Source: a bacterium (GTDB lineage Bacteria; Bdellovibrionota_C; UBA2361; CALJRW01). Taken from it: a stretch of DNA of 64,000 bases. Numbering within the stretch: the first letter of the stretch is position 1; each line of letters starts with the position of its first letter. The notes beneath the pieces were generated by a model that was not told where the DNA came from, did no database searches, and worked only from the letters and a program-made list of their open reading frames with translations. Location: contig JANNBC010000054.1 in NCBI GenBank assembly GCA_031385045.1, forward strand, positions 32,001 through 96,000, in the 5' to 3' direction. The position numbers and the translations under genes are program-made. This document shows positions 29,804 through 38,136 of the stretch, piece after piece.

Positions 29804-30466
29804 ATGACCATGAATAAATTTGCTTGTATCTTTGATCTTGATGGTGTCATTGTTGATACTGCTAAATACCATTACCTTGCTTGGAAAAGACTTGCCGAGG
29901 AACTAAAGATTGAAGGATTTGATGAAGCTAAAAATGAAGAATTAAAAGGCGTTAGTCGTGATAAGTCTTTAGATATTATCCTTGAGCTTGGCAACGTAAC
30001 TCTCTCCGCTGAAAAACGTAACCAAATGCTAGAAAGAAAAAATAATTGGTATATTGAATTTATTAGCACAATGGATGCTAGCGAAACCCTACCAGGAGCT
30101 AAAGAATTTCTAGAATTATTAAAAGCTAATCAGATTAAATTTGGCTTAGCTTCTGCTAGTAAGAATGCGGAACTAGTCCTAAATAAAATTGGCTTATTAT
30201 CGCTGTTTGATACAATTGTTGACGGCACAAAAGTTGCTAAGCCAAAACCAGATCCAGAAGTCTTTACAAAGTGTGCTGACAACCTTGGTATGTCCTATGA
30301 AAAATGCATTGTCTTTGAAGATGCTGTTGCCGGAGTTACTGCGGCTAATCAAGTAAAAATGAAAACTATTGGAATTGGTAATCCAATAGTCTTACATCAG
30401 GCAAACTTGGTAATTGATTCCCTAGCTCATTGCGATTTGAAAATATTAGCCCAATTACTCGGCTAA
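29804..30466 (+). CDS. pgmB: Beta-phosphoglucomutase
   Basis: IFDLDGVIVDTA.YHY.AW, LKGVSR, SASKNA, KPDPEVF, FEDA; follows GH65. Confidence 0.95.
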   Translation: MTMNKFACIFDLDGVIVDTAKYHYLAWKRLAEELKIEGFDEAKNEELKGVSRDKSLDIILELGNVTLSAEKRNQMLERKNNWYIEFISTMDASETLPGAKEFLELLKANQIKFGLASASKNAELVLNKIGLLSLFDTIVDGTKVAKPKPDPEVFTKCADNLGMSYEKCIVFEDAVAGVTAANQVKMKTIGIGNPIVLHQANLVIDSLAHCDLKILAQLLG

Positions 30467-30491
30467 TTAATCTTAACTTAGAAAGGTATTT

Positions 30492-31853
30492 TCAACTAAG
30501 CTCTTCAACACCACGAGCTACTCCAATCATTGGAATAGAAATTTTCCCTGTTTTGACTTCCAGTGGTTTCATTAAATTTAAGGTAATTTTTTGCTCAAGA
30601 TTCTTTGATAAGGTAGCTAACTGAGCTTGCAGAGTAGTCCAAAAAATTGGCACCTCTCTTGAGAGCCTAGAATCAAGAGCAATGTTTAATACGTCTTTTG
30701 AGCCAACTAAATTAGCAACAGAACCATAGGCGACGGCCGAACAGAGCTCAGCACCCCTAACTAATAATTCACTAGAAAGCTCGCTGAGGAGTTGAAGAAC
30801 AATGTCATTATAAACTTGGCGATTACTACGTCGATTTAGAAAGAATTCTGGATCGGAAATAATTAATGATAAGTCGCGACTACGAAATTCAACCCATTTT
30901 TCACTACCCATATTCTTTAGTGACTCCGCTAGTGGTTGTAACTCAGTAATCTCCTCAGCCAAAACCAGAATGTAGCTACAAAAGATTCTTGGTAAAAAAT
31001 TACCCACAGAGATATGTTCAATTGTTAGAGCTGGTTGAAAATCGTCAATAAAATCAGCGGCAGTTTTGATCTGGCAATCATCTAAGTAAAATCTCCCCCC
31101 AATTTCTGAATTGCAAATCATATAATTACTACGATCGCTAATCCCTAAATCTTTTTCTGACTTAAGAATAGTTGCGTTAAGACCAGTAGAAGCGACCATT
31201 CCCGCATCAGCCTGAGGCAGTGATTTCATCGTGAGCGGAGTATCATTAGCAATTAGAAAAGTCTTAACTGGAATATTTCTTTTTCGCAAAGAGTCCACAA
31301 CTTCAACACCTAAATCTCTCCCATTCACCAAATCTTTTGTAAACCACTCTCCCTTAGTATATTCATCAACCTGAGTAACTAGTCCGCTAATTCCAGTACC
31401 GGGCCAAGGTTTATTATCCATGGCGTTGGACCAAACTAGGCCACAGCCTGTGACAGAATCTCTTGGTATCCCGGCAGTAACCAAGCTTCTCTCCACCTGA
31501 TTTCCTAACATTTTGCAAAATGCCGTGAAAGGATTATCACCAAGGGCAACATCTAACATTTCCAAGTTCTTATTTTCAAATAACATGCGCCATTCCACAG
31601 AACTACCATGATTAATCTTGACCGCTGCTTTGGTCGAAGTTCCCCCAATATCAATTGTTAAAATACTACTCGAATTGAGTTTTTGATTAGCAATAGTTAG
31701 ATAACTAGGAAGGGCTTCAAAGGCTGGCTTGAGATTTTTTCCAGCATTAGCGTTGGCTAACTTGGCATAATCATACAAGGAGTCTAAACTTAACCTTGCC
31801 GCATAAAAATTTAAGTTTTTTAAAGAAGATTGGATTTGGTTAGGGTTGCTCAT
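30492..31853 (-). CDS. Hexokinase-family (eukaryote-type fold) sugar kinase
   Basis: TIDIGGTS, TKG.W, IANDT, STGLNA, ICNSEIG match hexokinase DLGGT/NDT/GTG.NA/N.EWG motifs. Confidence 0.6.
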   Translation of the reverse strand: MSNPNQIQSSLKNLNFYAARLSLDSLYDYAKLANANAGKNLKPAFEALPSYLTIANQKLNSSSILTIDIGGTSTKAAVKINHGSSVEWRMLFENKNLEMLDVALGDNPFTAFCKMLGNQVERSLVTAGIPRDSVTGCGLVWSNAMDNKPWPGTGISGLVTQVDEYTKGEWFTKDLVNGRDLGVEVVDSLRKRNIPVKTFLIANDTPLTMKSLPQADAGMVASTGLNATILKSEKDLGISDRSNYMICNSEIGGRFYLDDCQIKTAADFIDDFQPALTIEHISVGNFLPRIFCSYILVLAEEITELQPLAESLKNMGSEKWVEFRSRDLSLIISDPEFFLNRRSNRQVYNDIVLQLLSELSSELLVRGAELCSAVAYGSVANLVGSKDVLNIALDSRLSREVPIFWTTLQAQLATLSKNLEQKITLNLMKPLEVKTGKISIPMIGVARGVEELS

Positions 31854-32035
31854 AAATCTTAAACACAGGTAAATTAAACTTTAAGCTTGCTAACTAATAA
31901 TAGTGAAAATAATTAAAGTTGTTAAGAGCAAAATATGAAATCGCCTTAAAGGCAAAGAGTCACTCTCTATTTCCGTACTCAAGCATTTTGACTGGAACAA
32001 TCTTACCAATATGCTAAAGTTCCTTAGCTTATAGA

Positions 32036-32080
32036 GAATCCAAAAATGGATTTCCTTAAAGGAAATCCATTTTTGGATTC
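32036..32080. repeat. Perfect 45-bp palindrome upstream of lysC
   Basis: GAATCCAAAAATGGATTTCCT-taa-AGGAAATCCATTTTTGGATTC. Confidence 0.9.
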
Positions 32081-32086
32081 GGGCTT

Positions 32087-32147
32087 TTCAAATCCTGGAT
32101 TCCTGTCACGCCATAGCTTTAGCGCAGGCGGGATATCCAGGTTTGAA
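32087..32147 (+). repeat. Long hairpin capped by the REP-like motif (core 32109-32130)
   Basis: TTCAAA-CCTGGAT...CGCCATAGCTTTAGCGCAGGCG...ATCCAGG-TTTGAA. Confidence 0.65.
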
Positions 32148-32166
32148 TGCCTAAAAACAACAAATA

Positions 32167-32225
32167 TAGTCAACCCAACAGGAATTCCGAAAAAAATTTT
32201 CGGAAATTCATTCTTGGGTTTACTA
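32167..32225. mobile_element. Minimal 59-bp member of the TA-flanked MITE-like family
   Basis: TA|TAGTCAACCCAA...TTGGGTTTACTA|TA; same ends as the elements at 37317 and 59236. Confidence 0.75.
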
Positions 32226-32255
32226 TATTTATAATTCTAAAGATTAACAAAACCT

Positions 32256-33590
32256 ATGATCATCATGAAGTTTGGCGGAAGTTCTGTTGGAAATGCTGAC
32301 CGCATCAGATCAGTTAAGCAAATTGTTTCAAACTATCTATCCGAAAAGCCAATTATTGTATGCTCCGCCATGGGAAAAACAACTGATCAATTACTACTTG
32401 CAGGTCAAAAAGCGCTCTTAAACGGAATAGTAGATTGTCAGGAAATTATTACCAGCCACCTAACTGCCTGCGAAGAATTAAAAATCAACCCTGAAATTAT
32501 CAAAGACCTTTTAGTAGAATTAGAACAATTACTAATTGGCATTAAACAAATCAGAGAAATTTCTCCGCGCACAAAAGACTACCTAGTTTCTTTTGGTGAA
32601 AGATTAGCAGTTCGAGTAATTGCTACAAGTTTTAACCAAGAAGGTTTAAAGGCTAAATTTTTTGATTCTTGGGAAATCGGTATCAAAACTAATAACAAGT
32701 TTATGGAAGCTAGCTTACTTCCCGATGCCTATGATCAAATTAATCAATATTTAGGATTTCTAAAAACTGACTATCAATTTACGCCAGTCATTACTGGATT
32801 TATTGGGCAAGCGCCATGCGGATCAATTACTACGTTTGGTCGAGGTGGTAGCGATCTAACATCTAGTATTTTAGGTGCAGCACTAGAAGTAAACGAGATT
32901 CAAGTCTGGAAAGATGTTGATGGATTAATGACTGCTGACCCTCGTAAGGTGCCCAATGCCATTCCAGTAAATAAAGTAAGTTTTGAAGAAGCATCAGAGC
33001 TCTCCTATTTTGGAGCAAAAGTTCTACACCCCTTATCTATGATGCCGGCTAAAGAGAAAGGCATTACCGTGCGTGTTAAGAATTCCTATAACCCGGAAGC
33101 TCCTGGGACAATTATTACCTCAGAAACTGATTACTCTTTAGGGCCAGTTAAATCAATTACTAGCAAAAATAATATTACTCTAATTGATATTGTTTCCTCA
33201 AAACTATTAGGTGCCGTAGGTTTCGTATCTAAAGTTTTTAATGCTTTTGAGAAATTTGATATTTCAGTTGATGTCTTAGCTAGCAGTGAGGTTAGTATTT
33301 CACTAACAGTGGATCAACATGAAGACTTGGAAAAATTAGTTGCTGAACTATCAGAATTTGCAAGTGTCCGCACACTACCAAATCATTCGATTGTTAGCCT
33401 GATTTGTAATGCCCAAAACTCCTCCTTGATTCTTAGTGATTTATTCTTGGCACTAGCAAAAGAAAAGTTAAATCCAAAGATGCTTTCTCAAGGTGCATCT
33501 AAATTAAATATTAGTCTAGTCTTTGAAGAACAAGATGCTGATCGCGCTTTAAATATTGCCCACAGTTCACTTTTAAATCTGAGAAATTAA
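32256..33590 (+). CDS. lysC: Aspartate kinase
   Basis: MKFGGSSV, SFGERL, GRGGSD, DVDG.MTADPR, GAKVLHP, C-terminal ACT domains. Confidence 0.95.
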   Translation: MIIMKFGGSSVGNADRIRSVKQIVSNYLSEKPIIVCSAMGKTTDQLLLAGQKALLNGIVDCQEIITSHLTACEELKINPEIIKDLLVELEQLLIGIKQIREISPRTKDYLVSFGERLAVRVIATSFNQEGLKAKFFDSWEIGIKTNNKFMEASLLPDAYDQINQYLGFLKTDYQFTPVITGFIGQAPCGSITTFGRGGSDLTSSILGAALEVNEIQVWKDVDGLMTADPRKVPNAIPVNKVSFEEASELSYFGAKVLHPLSMMPAKEKGITVRVKNSYNPEAPGTIITSETDYSLGPVKSITSKNNITLIDIVSSKLLGAVGFVSKVFNAFEKFDISVDVLASSEVSISLTVDQHEDLEKLVAELSEFASVRTLPNHSIVSLICNAQNSSLILSDLFLALAKEKLNPKMLSQGASKLNISLVFEEQDADRALNIAHSSLLNLRN

Positions 33591-34346
33591 ATGATTAAAA
33601 TCGCTATTGTTGGATACGGGAAAATGGGGCAGGTCATTGGTCGAATCGCTAAAGAGCGAGGACATCAAATAGTTGTGATTGATCCACATCATCCCGATGC
33701 GGACTTTGCTGATGTCACAGCAGATTCCCTAAGTGAGGTGCAAGTTGGAATAGAATTTACCAATCCAGAAGTAGTGATTACCAACATCAATAAATTTAAT
33801 GCCTTAAAAGTTCCCTTGGTTGTGGGAACAACAGGTTGGTATCAAGAAATTGAAGAAGTTAAAAATCATGTAAAAGATGCCAAGAATGGTTTAATCTACG
33901 CCTCTAATTTCTCTGTCGGAGTGAATGTATTCTTTAAAATTGTCGAAGCAGCTGCCAAAATTATTAATAAATTCCCTGAATTTGATATTTCGGGCCTTGA
34001 TATCCACCATAATAAAAAAGTGGATAGTCCTTCTGGCACAGCAATGACAGCTGCTCAGATTTTAATTGATAATATTGGTCGAAAAAGTAAAGCTGTCTAT
34101 GAGAAACTAGACCGTGCACCTCAGCCTGATGAAATTCACTTTGCCAGCCTACGTTCCGGAAATGTTCCTGGTACTCATCAAATTTTCTTGGATTCTCCAG
34201 CAGAAAGTGTCAATATCGAGGTAGTCGCTCGAAATCGTGAAGGCTATGCTCTAGGTTCGGTCATTGCGGCTGAATGGCTCTTTGATAAACGAGGTTTTTT
34301 CAAGTTTGAAGATTTAATTGATCAAATTATTAGCAATGGAAACTAA
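33591..34346 (+). CDS. dapB: 4-hydroxy-tetrahydrodipicolinate reductase
   Basis: GYGKMG, GTTGW, ASNFSVG, HHNKKVDSPSGTA. Confidence 0.95.
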   Translation: MIKIAIVGYGKMGQVIGRIAKERGHQIVVIDPHHPDADFADVTADSLSEVQVGIEFTNPEVVITNINKFNALKVPLVVGTTGWYQEIEEVKNHVKDAKNGLIYASNFSVGVNVFFKIVEAAAKIINKFPEFDISGLDIHHNKKVDSPSGTAMTAAQILIDNIGRKSKAVYEKLDRAPQPDEIHFASLRSGNVPGTHQIFLDSPAESVNIEVVARNREGYALGSVIAAEWLFDKRGFFKFEDLIDQIISNGN

Positions 34347-35226
34347 AGGATTATACACCGCACTCGTTACCCCGTTTAATCAGGATGGTAGTCTTGATCT
34401 TGCCGGCCTAGCAGAAAATATTGAATTTCAAATCGCTTCTGGAGTTGATGGAATTATTCCAATTGGCACAACGGGCGAAGCTCCAACACTTGATGACTCT
34501 GAAAAAATTGCAGTGATTAAAACGTCAATCAAGGTTGCAAACGGACGTATCCCTGTGATGGTTGGCGCAACAAGTAATTCTACAGCAGTAACAATTGCTA
34601 ATTGTAAATTAGCAAAAGAACTCGGAGCAGACTCTTTATTAATCGCTACCCCTTATTATAATAAACCAACTCAAGATGGTATTTATCAACACTTTCAAGC
34701 AATTACTTCAGCTGTTGATTTACCGATCATGGTTTATAACGTGCCGGGGCGTTCAGGAGTAAACATTGAGACCTCAACTGTTGAAAAAATTGTTACCACA
34801 CTACCTAAGATCACTTCAATTAAAGAAGCCTCTGGTAACATCAATCAGATTGCTGATGTCATTAACCAAATTCAAAATAAGGTGAAGAACTTTAATGTCC
34901 TCTCTGGCGATGATGCCTTAACAATTCCTACAATGGTTTTTGGTGGCAAGGGTATTGTCTCCGTGGTTTCCAACTTAGTTCCAAAACAATTAAAGCAGAT
35001 GGTTGACTTAGCCCTCGCTGGTGATTTTAAAGCTGCCACAAAAATTCACTTTGAATTACTACCACTGTTTAAGACTGCCTTCGTAGAATCAAATCCGATT
35101 CCAATTAAAGCGATGATGAGTCTAGCCAAAATGAAAGCTGGGCCATGTCGCCTTCCTTTAAGTAATTTAACTCCTGAGAGTCAGGAAGTCATTCAAAAAA
35201 CTTTACGTAATTTAAATCTTATTTAG
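34336..35226 (+). CDS. dapA: 4-hydroxy-tetrahydrodipicolinate synthase
   Basis: TALVTPF, GTTGE, PYYNKP, YNVPGR, IKEASG, SGDD, NPIPIK; ATG at 34336. Confidence 0.96.
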   Translation: METKGLYTALVTPFNQDGSLDLAGLAENIEFQIASGVDGIIPIGTTGEAPTLDDSEKIAVIKTSIKVANGRIPVMVGATSNSTAVTIANCKLAKELGADSLLIATPYYNKPTQDGIYQHFQAITSAVDLPIMVYNVPGRSGVNIETSTVEKIVTTLPKITSIKEASGNINQIADVINQIQNKVKNFNVLSGDDALTIPTMVFGGKGIVSVVSNLVPKQLKQMVDLALAGDFKAATKIHFELLPLFKTAFVESNPIPIKAMMSLAKMKAGPCRLPLSNLTPESQEVIQKTLRNLNLI

Positions 35227-36441
35227 ATGTATACCAGCAAAACTAATTTCCTAGACTTAGCTAAACAATATGCTTCCCCGCTTTATGTTTATGAACTTGA
35301 TCAAGTTAAAAAACGTTATGAAGAACTAAAAACTGGCTTAAATTATAAGCAACTCAAAGTTCATTACGCCATGAAGGCTAACTACAATCTTCATCTATTA
35401 AAATATGTTAACTCCCTTGGAATTGGCATTGATGCTGTGAGCCCAGGGGAGATTTACCTAGCACTGAAAGCTGGCGTTGCTAAAGAAAATATTATTTTTA
35501 CGGCAAATAATTTAACAAACGAAGAAATTTCTGAAGCCCAAGCCCTGGGAGTACTTTTTAATCTTGGTTCGCTTTCTGAAATTAAACGCTACGGAGAATT
35601 ATTTCCGAATCAAAAAATTTGCATTCGCGTTAACCCTGATGTGATTGCTGGAAGCCATGCTAAAATCCAAACAGGTGGACCTTTAAGTAAATTTGGCATC
35701 CTACTCGAACACCTAAATGAGGCCCTGAGCATATGTAAACAATACAACCTAACTGTTATCGGTGTTCACAAACACACTGGTTCTGGAATTAAAGATCAGG
35801 AAAAATACTTACAAGCAGTTGATAACCTCCTAGCTATTGTTACGCCAACAAATTTTCCAGGCTTAGAATTCGTAGATTTTGGAGGAGGCCTCTTCGTCCC
35901 CTATCATCCAGAAGAAAAAGAAATTGATTATCAAAAGTTTGCCCCAGCAGTTTTAAGTAAACTTCTAGCTACAAATAAGCTTTTTGATCGAGAATTAAAA
36001 TTATACTTCGAGCCAGGAAAATTTTTAATTGCTGAAGCTGGGCACCTAATCATCCAAGTTAATACGATTAAAGATAATAATGGACATTTAATTGCTGGAA
36101 CTAACTCTGGATTTAATCACCTAGCACGACCTGTGATGTACGATGCCTATCATCACATCGAAAACCTTAGCAATCCAAATGGAGTAACTAAAACTTACGA
36201 TATTGTCGGTAATATCTGTGAGACGGGAGACAACTTCGCTTCCTCCAGATCTCTGCCTGAAATCCGCGAGGGAGACTTCTTAGTGATCCATAATGGTGGA
36301 GCTTACTGCTACTCTATGGGAAGCGTCTATAATCTAAGAACTCTACCTGCTGAAATCTGCACACTAGCCGGCGCAGTTGTCTATCATCGACCAAGACAGT
36401 CTAACCAAGACTTTATTAACAAACTCTATGACACTTACTAA
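35227..36441 (+). CDS. lysA: Diaminopimelate decarboxylase
   Basis: YAMKAN, DAVS.GE, SKFG, DFGGG, EPGK, ICETGD, GAY. Confidence 0.95.
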   Translation: MYTSKTNFLDLAKQYASPLYVYELDQVKKRYEELKTGLNYKQLKVHYAMKANYNLHLLKYVNSLGIGIDAVSPGEIYLALKAGVAKENIIFTANNLTNEEISEAQALGVLFNLGSLSEIKRYGELFPNQKICIRVNPDVIAGSHAKIQTGGPLSKFGILLEHLNEALSICKQYNLTVIGVHKHTGSGIKDQEKYLQAVDNLLAIVTPTNFPGLEFVDFGGGLFVPYHPEEKEIDYQKFAPAVLSKLLATNKLFDRELKLYFEPGKFLIAEAGHLIIQVNTIKDNNGHLIAGTNSGFNHLARPVMYDAYHHIENLSNPNGVTKTYDIVGNICETGDNFASSRSLPEIREGDFLVIHNGGAYCYSMGSVYNLRTLPAEICTLAGAVVYHRPRQSNQDFINKLYDTY

Positions 36442-37273
36442 AATTCCTTTTACCAAAATGCATGGCTTAGGTAATAATTATATTTACCTTAATTGCCTGG
36501 AAGCTAGCCCCGAGAACCCAGAAGACCTAGCAATTAAAGTCTCCGATCGAAACTTTGGAATTGGTAGTGACGGACTAGTTTTAATCATGGGAAGCGAACA
36601 GGCAGATTTTCGCATGCGAATGTTTAACTCTGACGGATCGGAAGCACAGATGTGCGGGAATGCTGTTCGCTGTGTTGCGAAATACCTTTATGAAAAAAAT
36701 CTTACAAAGCTAACCAGTATCAAGTTAGAAACTAAGGCTGGGATTAAAATTCTAAACCTAAAGTTAAAAAATAATCTAGTAACAGAAGTCAGTGTTGATA
36801 TGGGCGCCCCAATCCTCAAGAGTAAGCTTATTCCCGTTGCCAGCGAAGAACCGCAACTGACTAACTACCCAATAGAATTTTTTGGTGAGCAATTTAAAGT
36901 CAACGCTGTCTCCATGGGGAATCCCCATCTCGTAATTTTCGTACCAGAAATAACGGATCGTCTAGTACTTCAACTAGGACCAAAAATTGAACATCACCCG
37001 CTATTTCCAGAACGAATCAATGTAGAATTTGCTAAAATAATCAATCGCCAAACAATCGCCATGCGTGTATGGGAACGTGGTAGTGGTGAAACTCAAGCCT
37101 GCGGAACAGGAGCCTGTGCGGTGGCAGTAGCCTCTGCCCTAAACAACTTAAGCGATCGTCAAGTTACCATAAAACTACTTGGAGGTGACTTAGATATTAA
37201 TTGGCAAGAAAACGATCATGTCATTATGACTGGGCCTGCGGAGTTTGTATGTGATGGAGAATTTTACTACTAG
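36428..37273 (+). CDS. dapF: Diaminopimelate epimerase
   Basis: FTKMHGLGN, NSDGS..QMCGN, GNPH, ERG.GET.ACGTG; ATG at 36428. Confidence 0.96.
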   Translation: MTLTKIPFTKMHGLGNNYIYLNCLEASPENPEDLAIKVSDRNFGIGSDGLVLIMGSEQADFRMRMFNSDGSEAQMCGNAVRCVAKYLYEKNLTKLTSIKLETKAGIKILNLKLKNNLVTEVSVDMGAPILKSKLIPVASEEPQLTNYPIEFFGEQFKVNAVSMGNPHLVIFVPEITDRLVLQLGPKIEHHPLFPERINVEFAKIINRQTIAMRVWERGSGETQACGTGACAVAVASALNNLSDRQVTIKLLGGDLDINWQENDHVIMTGPAEFVCDGEFYY

Positions 37274-37276
37274 TAG

Positions 37277-37768
37277 CTAGCGATAGATATCCTTACGATG
37301 TCCTAATTTAAGGATATAGTAAACCCAAAAAGTAATTTCCGAAAAATCAGCAAAAATAAATACCTCAGGAGTCAATTGAATCCCTGAAGGAATTAGTATA
37401 ATTCAAGAACGATCCTTGCTAAACCTTCGGTTTAACAGAGTTTATTCTTGGGTTTACTATATTTTTCTTTTGGCTCCCTCTGGTCGCTAATATAGTCATA
37501 ACTCTATAATTTTAATTTCCTAACGGAAATTACTTTTTGGAATGACTATAATAATTAACTTCTTATTTTCGACACTATAAATGACGCGATAGTCTCCAAT
37601 CCGAACTCGATAGAGATCCTCATATCCCGAAAGTTTTTTATGTCCAAAGGGATAAGGATTAAGCCCTAGCTGGACTATCACACTAACAACTCGCTGTTGG
37701 TAAGACTTACTAATTTTCTTTAATTGCTTTTCAGCTGTTCTAGATATTTCAATCTGAAACTTAGACAT
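37277..37768 (-). pseudogene. relE: RelE/ParE-family toxin interrupted by a 232-bp element
   Basis: N-part has A.KQLKK, KKLSGYEDLYRVRIGDYRVIY; removing 37317-37548 and one TA restores KKLIIILKLGHRKDIYR* (85 aa). Confidence 0.88.
37317..37548. mobile_element. 232-bp composite MITE-like element with TA target duplication (37315-16 / 37549-50)
   Basis: Unit A 37317-37459 (TAGTAAACCCAA...TTGGGTTTACTA), spacer, unit B 37493-37548 (TAGTCAT...ATGACTA); inverted copy at 59236-59465; empty site reconstructs an intact ORF. Confidence 0.88.
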
Positions 37769-37979
37769 TGATTTTCAACTCACTTAACACTTCACTAAAA
37801 GGTCGGGTGGGTTCTTTTCTGAGCTTTGGGATGTCTGCAATATCAGCGACCTCCTCTAGTTTTTCAATAATACAATCCTGAACAAAGCGATTGATAATGA
37901 AACCTTTTGACTTACAATATTTCTTCAAGGCTTCAGCTATTGCTTGATCGAGACGGGTAGTAATTTGTTTTGTAGCCAT
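37761..37979 (-). CDS. Antitoxin, ribbon-helix-helix-like (RelB/CopG type)
   Basis: 72 aa, KQITTRLD...L..YC, IIEKLEE..DI; overlaps start of toxin gene. Confidence 0.75.
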   Translation of the reverse strand: MATKQITTRLDQAIAEALKKYCKSKGFIINRFVQDCIIEKLEEVADIADIPKLRKEPTRPFSEVLSELKINV

Positions 37980-37984
37980 AACTT

Positions 37985-38014
37985 ATGGTATCATTTGATG
38001 TCATTTGATGTCAA
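37985..38014 (-). promoter_or_regulatory. Putative sigma-70 promoter/operator of the TA module
   Basis: TTGACA-18-TACCAT, 5 nt before the ATG; contains a tandem 10-bp CATCAAATGA repeat. Confidence 0.6.
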
Positions 38015-38075
38015 GTTAAAAACCAAACGTAACCCTATTCTGCAACTATCTAGTTGGTAGAAATATTAAAATACT

Positions 38076-38104
38076 TTGACAATCCTCCCTGAGATCATTA
38101 AATT
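38076..38104 (+). promoter_or_regulatory. Putative sigma-70 promoter of dapL
   Basis: TTGACA-17-TAAATT upstream of ATG 38137. Confidence 0.45.
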
Positions 38105-38136
38105 GTGCCCTAAATTTCATTACTTCAATCTTAAAT

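Noticed and set aside
32046..32234. 62-aa ORF as leader peptide
   Set aside because: Made entirely of palindrome/repeat DNA; no Lys-codon run
31860..32255. Lysine riboswitch upstream of lysC
   Set aside because: I could not find the conserved lysine-riboswitch motifs; the hairpins are explained by repeat families. An Rfam scan would settle it.
37520..37768. 82-aa ORF as an intact RelE
   Set aside because: Its last 8 codons come from the inserted element; the true C-terminus is at 37277-37316
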